Virus record (IMG/VR): IMGVR_UViG_3300047546_001190
Direction: 5' to 3' (one strand)
DNA: 64,000 nucleotides
DNA from: an uncultured virus (IMG/VR IMGVR_UViG_3300047546_001190)
Lineage: Duplodnaviria > Heunggongvirae > Uroviricota > Caudoviricetes
Position numbers and translations under genes: made by a program
The notes under the pieces: model-generated
Database searches by the model: none
What the model saw: the letters and a program-made list of their open reading frames with translations, nothing else
Told to the model about the DNA's origin: nothing
Part shown: piece after piece, positions 18,669 to 26,571 of the stretch
How positions within the stretch are numbered: the first letter of the stretch is position 1
Layout: each line of letters starts with the position of its first letter

Positions 18669-20218
18669 TGACCGCAACGATTGGAATATCTTTATATCAA
18701 AAACCGATTCAATATGTAAGGAAATGTATTGAGAGTGCATTAGATCAAACAGCAGATGTTCGGATCATTCTAAGAACTGATGGGCCTAATGCTTGCGATA
18801 ATGTAACTCTAACCTTTCTGAAAGAACTGGATAGGTCAATAAGTAACTTCACATTTATTGAAGGTAAGATTAACTATGGAATCTATGGATCTTATCGTGA
18901 AATATTCAAAAATGTAACGACAGATAATCTATGTCAGTTAGATGCTGATGACTATCTACATCCAGAAGCAATCGAAACGTGTGAGAGAGTATTAAACTCT
19001 CATCCAGAGTATTCTATGGTTTACACTGATTGTATGGAGGTTGATAGTGAAGGAAAAGAACTGAAGTTGTGTGAGAAACAACTGATACGATTTACACCAG
19101 AAAATCTTGTTGCTGAGTTTATGACTTATCATCTTCGGTTGATAAGAACTCGGGTATATAATGCTGTCGGTGGATATGATGAGACTCTAAAATATGGTGG
19201 AGATTATGATCTATCTCTTCGTATATCTGAGATTGGTATGGAACAAAACATAGGATATATTCCACTGCCTTTATATTATTACCGAAGAGATGAGAACTGC
19301 CACTCACTCACTGATGGCATCATCGACTCAAATCTTGATTGCTATACTGCAAAGAAGAACCACTTTAAGAGAACAGGAAACGTTGAAAAAGTAAAAGTTA
19401 TTCCCAATAAAGATTTCAGTCAGTTTATATTTGCTCCCAAGATTTCTTCAGAAGAATATAATAAACTTGATGTAATGAAGTCGCAACCAATCGTATTGAC
19501 TGGGATGCATCGTTCCTTTACATCTTTGACATCTAATATTCTAACTGAACTTGGAATCTACATGGGTGAGAGTATACTTGAACCTGATGAGTTTAACCCT
19601 GAAGGATACTTTGAGAATGTAGATTTCTTACACTTTGACAGAACATTATGCAACTTCTGTATGGATAATGAGAACTCATTTCCTGATTGGGGATGGAGTC
19701 CTGATGCAAAGATGGATGCAGATAGAGTCAAAGAGTTTGAAGAGTATGCAAAGAATTTAATCTATGATCGTAGAAGGTTGAGAGTCTGGGGATGGAAAGA
19801 TCCTCGTACTTCTTTACTGTTAAACTTCTGGGATCCTATCATCCCTCATGCAAAATATATCTTTGTTTATCGTCATCCCGCAGAAGTATTTGCATCTGTA
19901 AGTAATCTTAAGGGCATAGAACTATTCCAACAAAATCCAGAATACATCGAAAAGTGCTGGCAAGATCATAATCGAAACATCGTAGAGTTTGCATCAAAGA
20001 ACAGAGATCGTTGCCTGGTTATTAACACCAACAATCTCATCAAGAATCCAAATGCAATCAAACCACTCTTAACTGATAAGTTTGGATTGTACATTTATGA
20101 TGAAAACCTTGAAAATCTTGTGGTTTCTGATCACATTCGATCCGAGGGAGATGCTGAGTTATCATTAGAAACTGTGAGCATTTATGATCAATTAGAGCAA
20201 ATGAATGAGTTATTCTAA
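18668..20218 (+). CDS. Fusion: GT2 glycosyltransferase + sulfotransferase-family domain
   Basis: LDADD DxD motif and GDYDL (GT2); LTGMHRSFTS and WGWKDPRT (sulfotransferase). Confidence 0.75.
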   Translation: MTATIGISLYQKPIQYVRKCIESALDQTADVRIILRTDGPNACDNVTLTFLKELDRSISNFTFIEGKINYGIYGSYREIFKNVTTDNLCQLDADDYLHPEAIETCERVLNSHPEYSMVYTDCMEVDSEGKELKLCEKQLIRFTPENLVAEFMTYHLRLIRTRVYNAVGGYDETLKYGGDYDLSLRISEIGMEQNIGYIPLPLYYYRRDENCHSLTDGIIDSNLDCYTAKKNHFKRTGNVEKVKVIPNKDFSQFIFAPKISSEEYNKLDVMKSQPIVLTGMHRSFTSLTSNILTELGIYMGESILEPDEFNPEGYFENVDFLHFDRTLCNFCMDNENSFPDWGWSPDAKMDADRVKEFEEYAKNLIYDRRRLRVWGWKDPRTSLLLNFWDPIIPHAKYIFVYRHPAEVFASVSNLKGIELFQQNPEYIEKCWQDHNRNIVEFASKNRDRCLVINTNNLIKNPNAIKPLLTDKFGLYIYDENLENLVVSDHIRSEGDAELSLETVSIYDQLEQMNELF

Positions 20219-20239
20219 ATAATCAAAAAGATAGAAAAG

Positions 20240-20458
20240 ATGAAAACTTTTAGACAATTTTGTGAACAAGTTGTGGGCGGAAGAATGCAATCTGCAACAC
20301 CACAACAAACTGCTCAACAAAGGTCTCAAAGTGTCAAGAGAGCAACAACAATTAATCGTCAGTTAAGAACGAGATCTCGTGATGAACTTGATGCACATCA
20401 AGCAAACATGAGAACTCTACTGAAAAAGAGTGAAGAAGACATCAGAGGTTCTCACTGA
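20240..20458 (+). CDS. Putative internal head protein
   Basis: MKTFRQFCE resembles the T4 capsid-targeting sequence; TCTAAATA upstream. Confidence 0.55.
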   Translation: MKTFRQFCEQVVGGRMQSATPQQTAQQRSQSVKRATTINRQLRTRSRDELDAHQANMRTLLKKSEEDIRGSH

Positions 20459-20460
20459 TA

Positions 20461-20492
20461 AAAGTTACTCACCTCGAAAGTGTACCTATAAT
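20461..20492 (+). repeat. 32-bp cassette-boundary repeat, copy 2
   Basis: AAAGTTACTCACCTCGAAAGTGTACCTATAAT. Confidence 0.95.
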
Positions 20493-20510
20493 GTAAGCAC
20501 GAAACCACTT

Positions 20511-20651
20511 ATGAACGACGATCTCTGGTCCGAAATCCAAGATGCTCCTGGTGAGATCTTTGATCTCCCAGAGATGAAAGGATGGGATGATGATATTGAT
20601 ATGGATGATCTTTCATTCACTGAAAACTTTAATTCTGAATTTGACTTTTGA
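20511..20651 (+). CDS. Small acidic hypothetical protein
   Basis: ATG 18 nt after repeat copy 2. Confidence 0.6.
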   Translation: MNDDLWSEIQDAPGEIFDLPEMKGWDDDIDMDDLSFTENFNSEFDF

Positions 20652-20656
20652 TTCTA

Positions 20657-20860
20657 ATGACTGACACTGTAAATGTTCTGCCTCACATCAAAGAACTTCG
20701 TGAGACTTGGAGGAAACAAGATTTCACCTTCACTCGTGAGCAACAAGAACAATACGATCTCTTGATTACTGCTCGTCGTGAACGTGTAAAATACTTTTAC
20801 GATAATGATATGGTATGTAAGATTAGTAAATCTGCACAAGATAAACTAAAAGAAGATTGA
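20657..20860 (+). CDS. Hypothetical protein
   Basis: Tandem ORF. Confidence 0.65.
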   Translation: MTDTVNVLPHIKELRETWRKQDFTFTREQQEQYDLLITARRERVKYFYDNDMVCKISKSAQDKLKED

Positions 20861-20866
20861 TGCTCG

Positions 20867-20900
20867 GGGTGGTCGGTTGAAATACTGACCACCCTCTCTT
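20867..20900 (+). terminator. Stem-loop, probable intrinsic terminator
   Basis: GGGTGGTCGGT...ACTGACCACCC followed by TCTCTT. Confidence 0.55.
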
Positions 20901-20934
20901 GCTAAATACCTGAAAAGGGTTTAGTGTAGAGAAA

Positions 20935-21591
20935 ATGAAAACTTTCCAAGAGTTCATGGTTTTTTGTGAAGAAGTTGAAGATAAATCTAAAGCACTTGGA
21001 TATGCTGCAACTATTAGGCGTGCTCGTCCTGGTGGAAGAGTAGGTGCAGAACGTAAGAAATCAACACCTGAAAAACGCAGAATGAAGGCAGTGGGTGGTG
21101 GAAAAATGGCACCCGTAGAATATAAACCCCGCAAAGATATTGGAACTCAACGTCAGGCATCTACAAGAGTTCAGCAACCAACTCAGGAAAGAGGTTCTGC
21201 AAGAGAAAGACAATTAGCAGCAGCAAAGGAAGAAAGAAGAAAAGCAGCACAAGCAAGAATTGCAGCAAAGAAAGCAGGTGCAAAACCTGAAGCAAAGAAA
21301 ACAACATCTAAAGAAGCAGAGAAGACTGCAACTAAATTACTTGCTAAGAAGAAAGCAGAAACACCAAAACCAGCAGCAAAACCACGTAGAGAGTGGAAAC
21401 ATGAGACTGGTGGTGGTATGACTCGTGCAGAGAGAGATAAAGCACGCAACAAAGAAAAGGGTGAAGCACTCAAGAAGAGAAAGGCAGAACTGATTAAGGA
21501 TTTCACTGAAAAGCATGGCAGAGCGCCTAAAGGAAAAGAGAGAACTAAACTGCTTGGTTTAGCACATGGGACTGTAAAGGCAGGAGTTTGA
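20935..21591 (+). CDS. Lys/Ala/Arg-rich putative internal head protein
   Basis: MKTFQEF...EE capsid-targeting-like N-terminus; GCTAAATA at 20901. Confidence 0.65.
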   Translation: MKTFQEFMVFCEEVEDKSKALGYAATIRRARPGGRVGAERKKSTPEKRRMKAVGGGKMAPVEYKPRKDIGTQRQASTRVQQPTQERGSARERQLAAAKEERRKAAQARIAAKKAGAKPEAKKTTSKEAEKTATKLLAKKKAETPKPAAKPRREWKHETGGGMTRAERDKARNKEKGEALKKRKAELIKDFTEKHGRAPKGKERTKLLGLAHGTVKAGV

Positions 21592-21622
21592 GAATTACTC
21601 ACCTCCAAAGTGTACCTATAAT
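21591..21622 (+). repeat. 32-bp cassette-boundary repeat, copy 3 (5' variant)
   Basis: AGAATTACTCACCTCCAAAGTGTACCTATAAT. Confidence 0.9.
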
Positions 21623-21661
21623 ATAATTGCATCAGACCCCTCTAAAATCGTCTGTAACACC

Positions 21662-21859
21662 ATGAAAACTGTGACTATGCCTGTTACTACCCTTGAAACT
21701 ATTATTGAGGGTTTGCAGAGTGCTGTGAACATATGCTATAATGTTGATAGTCAATCCGATGATGGTGAGAAATCTTATCCCTTTGCGGCAGGATATTCTC
21801 GATCCACGATGGAATGTGTTATTCAAGATCTTCAACGTTTGAAAGATAACAGCAATTAA
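21662..21859 (+). CDS. Hypothetical protein (single-gene cassette)
   Basis: Lies between repeats 3 and 4; TAA overlaps repeat 4. Confidence 0.7.
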   Translation: MKTVTMPVTTLETIIEGLQSAVNICYNVDSQSDDGEKSYPFAAGYSRSTMECVIQDLQRLKDNSN

Positions 21860-21889
21860 AGTTACTCACCTCGAAAGTGTACCTATAGT
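21858..21889 (+). repeat. 32-bp cassette-boundary repeat, copy 4
   Basis: AAAGTTACTCACCTCGAAAGTGTACCTATAGT then ATG. Confidence 0.95.
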
Positions 21890-23137
21890 ATGACCGCAAA
21901 TATGATGAAGATTCAACTCCGTCCGCATCAAGAACGTGCTGTTGCTGTTATGCAAAAGCACAACAAAGGTCAACTGATTGTACCTACTGGTGGTGGTAAG
22001 ACTCTCAAGATGATCTATGATTGTCTGCGTGAGTTGCAGTCTGAAACTCCCCAGACTATTGTTGTTGTTGCTCCGCGCATTCTGCTTGCTGAGCAACTCT
22101 CTTCTGAGTTTCTGGAGTTCATCACCAACGCAGAAGTTCTGCACGTTCACAGTGGTGAAACTCATCACGAGTCTTCTACTCGTCCTTATGAGATTCGTCG
22201 TTGGGTTGAGGCAAATGCTGACAATCATCGTCTGATTGTAACCACCTACAACTCTCTCAATCGTCTGCAAGCAGCAGAGATTGATGTGGATACGATTTAC
22301 TTTGACGAGGCACATAACAGTGTTCAACGTCACTTTTTCCCTGCTACTGAGCACTTCTCTGCTGCTGCTCGTCGTTGCTACTTCTTCACTGCAACTCCCA
22401 AACATTCTCTTGCTGTGGGTAAAGCAGGCATGAATGATGCAGATGTTTATGGTCAGGTTATCTGCAAAGTTCCTGCTCCTGAACTTGTGCAAGGTGGTTT
22501 TATTGTGCCCCCTAAAGTTGTCGTCAAGCAACTGGAGATGGTGAAGGGCAAGCAGACCAACTTCGACCGTGATTCTGCTAACCTGCTGGAAACCATCGAT
22601 GACAACAACGTCGGCAAGATTCTGATCTGTGCTAAGGCAACCAAGCAGATTGTGTCGTTGGTGACTGAAACTGATTTCTGCTTTGAGTTGGAGCAACGTG
22701 GTTTCTCTTGGATGTATATCACTGCCAAGACTGGTGCAGTTATTGATGGCAAGAAAGTGAACCGTGAGGTATTCTTTGATACCCTGAGTGCATGGGGCAA
22801 AGACAACTCTAAGAAGTTTGTTGTTCTGCACCACAGCATCCTCGCTGAGGGTATCAACGTGTCTGGTCTGGAAGCAGTGCTGTTCCTGCGCAACATGGAC
22901 TTTATTGGCATCAGTCAGACCATCGGACGTGTGATCCGTTTGCATCACGATGATGCTGCTAAGTTGCGTGATGGTGCTATTCAACCTGGCAACCTCAGTC
23001 AGTATAGCAAATCGTTCGGTCTTGTGTGCATCCCTGTGTACAGCAAGGTTGGTATCAGCACTGCCCGTGCAGTTCAGTCGGTTGTTGATACGATCTTCGA
23101 GAAGGGAGAACCTGCCATCAGCACCGTTCGCAGGTGA
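21890..23137 (+). CDS. Superfamily 2 DEAH-box helicase (ResIII-like)
   Basis: LRPHQ, PTGGGKT, DEAH, TATP, EGINV and QTIGRVIR motifs. Confidence 0.9.
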   Translation: MTANMMKIQLRPHQERAVAVMQKHNKGQLIVPTGGGKTLKMIYDCLRELQSETPQTIVVVAPRILLAEQLSSEFLEFITNAEVLHVHSGETHHESSTRPYEIRRWVEANADNHRLIVTTYNSLNRLQAAEIDVDTIYFDEAHNSVQRHFFPATEHFSAAARRCYFFTATPKHSLAVGKAGMNDADVYGQVICKVPAPELVQGGFIVPPKVVVKQLEMVKGKQTNFDRDSANLLETIDDNNVGKILICAKATKQIVSLVTETDFCFELEQRGFSWMYITAKTGAVIDGKKVNREVFFDTLSAWGKDNSKKFVVLHHSILAEGINVSGLEAVLFLRNMDFIGISQTIGRVIRLHHDDAAKLRDGAIQPGNLSQYSKSFGLVCIPVYSKVGISTARAVQSVVDTIFEKGEPAISTVRR

Positions 23138-23254
23138 GTCTCACTGAGAACCCAATCACAGTCAGGGTCAAAACCCTGATTTTTCTGCAATTTCATGTCA
23201 CTGACCCCATAGGTCATCCACCGCAACCAAAATCACGATTTTTCTCAAAGTATA

Positions 23255-23425
23255 ATGAAAGAAGGATTTATTATCGGCAAAGGTAACTATGCTGCCATCC
23301 CTTATGGCAATCAACTGATGGTAATTTGCAACGGAGAGCAACTCAAAGTGTGTAGGACTGAATCATCAGCAAGAAACTTCATTCAGCAGCACAAAAAGCA
23401 ACAATCCTCCAAATCCTTACCCTAA
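23255..23425 (+). CDS. Hypothetical protein, 56 aa (MKEGFIIGKGNYAAIPYG...)
   Basis: Hand-translated; fills the gap before the EndoVII-like gene. Confidence 0.55.
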   Translation: MKEGFIIGKGNYAAIPYGNQLMVICNGEQLKVCRTESSARNFIQQHKKQQSSKSLP

Positions 23426-23426
23426 C

Positions 23427-23816
23427 ATGACTCAAATGCAAGAGACTCGAACCTGTTCCAAATGCCAGAAAGTTTACCCTCTGAGTGAACAATTCTTTGG
23501 TCGCAATCAGTCAACAAATACTGGTGGAGATAAGTATTTTCGACCTGAGTGCAAAGACTGTACAAAGAAGGCAAGTCAAGGTAAGGCGCAGGCATACAAA
23601 CTAGCAGGAAAACCAAAATATCCAGAACTGGGAACTCCATGCTATAATTGTGGTCGAACTGATAAAAAGTTGGTGTTTGATCATGACCATGAAACCCTAG
23701 CACATCGTGGTTGGTTGTGTGATAATTGCAATCGCAGTATCGGTATGCTGGGTGATACCATCGAGTCACTTGAACGGACTATTCGATACCTAAAGGAAGG
23801 AAATCTGTACGGTTAA
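23427..23816 (+). CDS. Endonuclease VII-family (His-Me finger) nuclease
   Basis: CYNCG...LVFDHDH...RGWLCDNCNRSIGMLGD plus an N-terminal CxxC/CxxC. Confidence 0.85.
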   Translation: MTQMQETRTCSKCQKVYPLSEQFFGRNQSTNTGGDKYFRPECKDCTKKASQGKAQAYKLAGKPKYPELGTPCYNCGRTDKKLVFDHDHETLAHRGWLCDNCNRSIGMLGDTIESLERTIRYLKEGNLYG

Positions 23817-23847
23817 AAGTTACTCACCTCCAAAGTGTACCTATAGT
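23816..23847 (+). repeat. 32-bp cassette-boundary repeat, copy 5
   Basis: Exact C-variant; overlaps the upstream TAA. Confidence 0.95.
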
Positions 23848-23865
23848 GTAAGACGCATCCACTCT

Positions 23866-24066
23866 ATGCCTCGCACTCGCAAACAGTCTGAAGTGTCTGT
23901 GCCTGAGGTTCTGATTACTCGTGATCAGTACATCAAAGACATCAAGATTCGTTGGCAAATCCACCAGTATGAAATCACTAAACTGATGGAAGATCTGAAC
24001 AAAGTTGTGCAAACTGTTGCTCCTTATGTTCAGCAAATCCGTGCTCGTTATGTGACAGTACGATAA
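23866..24066 (+). CDS. Hypothetical protein
   Basis: ATG 18 nt after repeat 5. Confidence 0.7.
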   Translation: MPRTRKQSEVSVPEVLITRDQYIKDIKIRWQIHQYEITKLMEDLNKVVQTVAPYVQQIRARYVTVR

Positions 24067-24109
24067 GTGTACCAAGAGGGGTTGCGATCCCTCTTTTTTG
24101 TGCGATCAT
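24052..24109 (+). promoter_or_regulatory. Class-II element copy 3 with terminator-like hairpin
   Basis: GTGACAGT-n5-AAGTGTACC, then AAGAGGG...CCCTCTTTTTT. Confidence 0.5.
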
Positions 24110-24115
24110 TACATT

Positions 24116-25012
24116 ATGCAAAACAAACACCTTGAACATCCAGAAGATCAAATCCTCACGGGCAATCTCTCTGTCCTGGATTGGTTTACTGCTGATTCTA
24201 CTATCAGTGTCAAGATTGATGGTGCTCCCGCTATTGTTTGGGGCACCAATCCTGCCAACGGAAAGTTCTTCGTTGGAACTAAATCTGTCTTCAACAAAGT
24301 AAAGATCAAGATCAATCATTCACATGAAGAAATTGATGCGAACCATGAAGGTAAAGTTGCGACTATTCTTCATGCTTGCCTTGATTATCTGCCTCGCACA
24401 GATTATATCTTTCAAGGGGATTTTATTGGTTTTGGGGGTTCTGATACTTATCGTCCCAACACGATCACTTACCAGTTCCCTGAGGTAGTCAATCAAGAGG
24501 TCATTATTGCCCCTCATACGTTCTATGTTGCAGAGAATGATCTGAGGGATGCTGTTGCCTATCCGATGAACTTTATCATCACGGATACTCCTTATGTGAA
24601 GTTTGTGTGCCCCAGAGCAGACATTTGCCCTCATCGTGAGGATCTGGAAGACATCAGTAAGTTTGCCAAACAGATGAGCACTTTGTGTGAGTTTGTGTCT
24701 GAACGCAAGGCAACAGAAATCAAAAAAGTTATCAATTCCTACATCCGTGAGGGTAAGGAGGTCGATGAGCATGAAATTGCAGAAAATTATGATGTTGACA
24801 TCAACCTGCTGCGTTTGTGGAAGTTGGTGTACTCTATCAAGATGGATTTGTTCTTCTTCATTCGCACTGATGATAGCATCCAGTGCTCTATTAACGGAGA
24901 GAAGTCTGATCATGAAGGTTATGTCATGACCAACAAGTTTGGTATGATGAAAGTTGTTGATCGTCATCAATTCTCTCGTGCAAACTTCAACATGGTGCGG
25001 AATTGGGGGTAA
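24116..25012 (+). CDS. Conserved phage protein with ligase-like nucleotidyltransferase motifs (DUF6267-like)
   Basis: HLEHPED; KIDG, QGDF, EGYV and MKVV in ligase motif order. Confidence 0.6.
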   Translation: MQNKHLEHPEDQILTGNLSVLDWFTADSTISVKIDGAPAIVWGTNPANGKFFVGTKSVFNKVKIKINHSHEEIDANHEGKVATILHACLDYLPRTDYIFQGDFIGFGGSDTYRPNTITYQFPEVVNQEVIIAPHTFYVAENDLRDAVAYPMNFIITDTPYVKFVCPRADICPHREDLEDISKFAKQMSTLCEFVSERKATEIKKVINSYIREGKEVDEHEIAENYDVDINLLRLWKLVYSIKMDLFFFIRTDDSIQCSINGEKSDHEGYVMTNKFGMMKVVDRHQFSRANFNMVRNWG

Positions 25013-25014
25013 TT

Positions 25015-25046
25015 AAAGTTACTCACCTCCAAAGTGTACCTATAGT
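25015..25046 (+). repeat. 32-bp cassette-boundary repeat, copy 6
   Basis: Exact C-variant then ATG. Confidence 0.95.
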
Positions 25047-25505
25047 ATGAGCAACACTACCATGCAAGCACAGGCACAACAAACTATTGCAGAGAATGTT
25101 CTCAAGAATACTCTACTGCTGATTGAAGCACTGAAAGACAACTATCGTGAATATGCTATTCGTGGTCATCAGAAATCGATCGAGAACCTGAACTATACTT
25201 ACGACACCACTGATTCAGTTCAGTCGCAGCATCATGCTCGCAAGATTGAAGAACTGAAGTCTGGTAAGTGTGACATCGATTATGTCATCGAATCTGGCAA
25301 AAAGTATCACAAAGTTATCTTTGTCAGTGGTGGTGGATCTCGTTCGGTTCACTGCTTCATCGATAAGCAAACTGGTGAAGTGTATAAGTCTGCTTCCTGG
25401 AAATCACCTGCCCAAGGTGTTCGTTATGATCTGCGATTGATCAAAGATCGTGAATACCTGCTTGAGAATGCTGACTGGTCTGGTGGTTATCTGTACGCAC
25501 GATGA
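25047..25505 (+). CDS. Conserved phage hypothetical protein (single-gene cassette)
   Basis: SVHCFIDKQTGEVYKSASWKSPA motif. Confidence 0.75.
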   Translation: MSNTTMQAQAQQTIAENVLKNTLLLIEALKDNYREYAIRGHQKSIENLNYTYDTTDSVQSQHHARKIEELKSGKCDIDYVIESGKKYHKVIFVSGGGSRSVHCFIDKQTGEVYKSASWKSPAQGVRYDLRLIKDREYLLENADWSGGYLYAR

Positions 25506-25514
25506 TTCCCCATT

Positions 25515-25546
25515 AAAGTTACTCACCTCCAAAGTGTACCTATAGT
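25515..25546 (+). repeat. 32-bp cassette-boundary repeat, copy 7
   Basis: Exact C-variant then ATG. Confidence 0.95.
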
Positions 25547-25786
25547 ATGAGCAACACCATCGTTTCCGAAGTCTACTCCTACCACACAAATTGGAAGGAA
25601 GGCAAAGTCAATCAAATGTGGATTGAGCAAATCACTGATAAAGAGTGCGATAATCTCTTTGTTGCTGTTGCACACAATCCTCGTAATGGTTCTACGATGG
25701 AGATGAGCAATCCCCGCACATCTTACCATGAAACTCTAAACTGGGTTCGCAACTGGTGTGGCACTTTCTGTATTCTTCCTGCCTGA
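25547..25786 (+). CDS. Hypothetical protein
   Basis: ATG abuts repeat 7. Confidence 0.65.
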   Translation: MSNTIVSEVYSYHTNWKEGKVNQMWIEQITDKECDNLFVAVAHNPRNGSTMEMSNPRTSYHETLNWVRNWCGTFCILPA

Positions 25787-25788
25787 TT

Positions 25789-25956
25789 ATGAAGAACTAT
25801 CGTCTCTTGATTGAGTATTGGGTTCCAGATGAAGATGAGAACCTATATGAAGAAAAGATCATCCAATCTCGTTCATCTTGTGGTAAGATTGCAGATGATT
25901 ACCTAGCACAAGATCGCACAAATCTTATCCGTTCTGTTGAAGTTACTCCTGTTTGA
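25789..25956 (+). CDS. Hypothetical protein
   Basis: Start adjusted to MKNYRL. Confidence 0.55.
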   Translation: MKNYRLLIEYWVPDEDENLYEEKIIQSRSSCGKIADDYLAQDRTNLIRSVEVTPV

Positions 25957-25958
25957 TT

Positions 25959-26366
25959 ATGGCAACTCGTTCCCGAATTGGTATTCAACTCTCTGATGAT
26001 TCCATCCTCTCTGTGTATTGTCACTGGGATGGATATCCTGAGTTTAATGGTGTGAAACTCGTTGAACATTTCAATAGTTATGATAAAGCATCAGAACTGA
26101 TTGATGGTGGTGACATCTCTGCACTGTGGACAAATGCAGGATGGGACAACGAAACTCTAGAGGAAACTGGTCCCCTGTATTATTCTTCTCGTGGTGAAGA
26201 TCTTGCTCCTCGATTAGATTCTGATCTGTGTGAGTATCTGCTACCTGCTGGTGCAGAAGAGTATCACTACCTGTTTACAAATGGCAAATGGGTGTGCTAC
26301 AATATGAATCAATTTGACAACAAACTCCCCCAAATCGTTCAAATCCCTGAAGGTGCAGTAGCATGA
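25959..26366 (+). CDS. Conserved phage hypothetical protein
   Basis: MATRSRIG...SVYCHWDGYP family motif. Confidence 0.75.
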   Translation: MATRSRIGIQLSDDSILSVYCHWDGYPEFNGVKLVEHFNSYDKASELIDGGDISALWTNAGWDNETLEETGPLYYSSRGEDLAPRLDSDLCEYLLPAGAEEYHYLFTNGKWVCYNMNQFDNKLPQIVQIPEGAVA

Positions 26367-26506
26367 AATGCGAAGTTAAACTCTACGTTGCTGGTAAAGT
26401 CTTTACGGAGACTGTAGAAGCACGAAACTATCAGGATGCTCGTGAGACTGCTCTCGCACGCAATCCTACAGCAAAGGTGATCGGAGTCAACGCAGTTTTC
26501 AAGTGA
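26363..26506 (+). CDS. Small conserved cyanophage-type protein, 47 aa
   Basis: Hand-translated MKCEVKLYVAGKVF...ALARNP; stop 2 nt before repeat 8. Confidence 0.7.
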   Translation: MKCEVKLYVAGKVFTETVEARNYQDARETALARNPTAKVIGVNAVFK

Positions 26507-26508
26507 TC

Positions 26509-26540
26509 AAAGTTACTCACCTCTAAACTGTACCTATAGT
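26509..26540 (+). repeat. 32-bp cassette-boundary repeat, copy 8 (2 substitutions)
   Basis: AAAGTTACTCACCTCTAAACTGTACCTATAGT. Confidence 0.9.
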
Positions 26541-26571
26541 ATACCACGACACTAACGGAGTTAGTTCAATC

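Noticed and set aside
21866..22984. 372-aa minus-strand ORF (also 22453-22911 and 24320-24970)
   Set aside because: Antisense shadows of well-supported + strand genes, with no recognisable motifs
11264..25729. Several minus-strand ORFs ending TIGTL(W/S)R
   Set aside because: The shared ending is just the reverse complement of the 32-bp repeat, not a protein family
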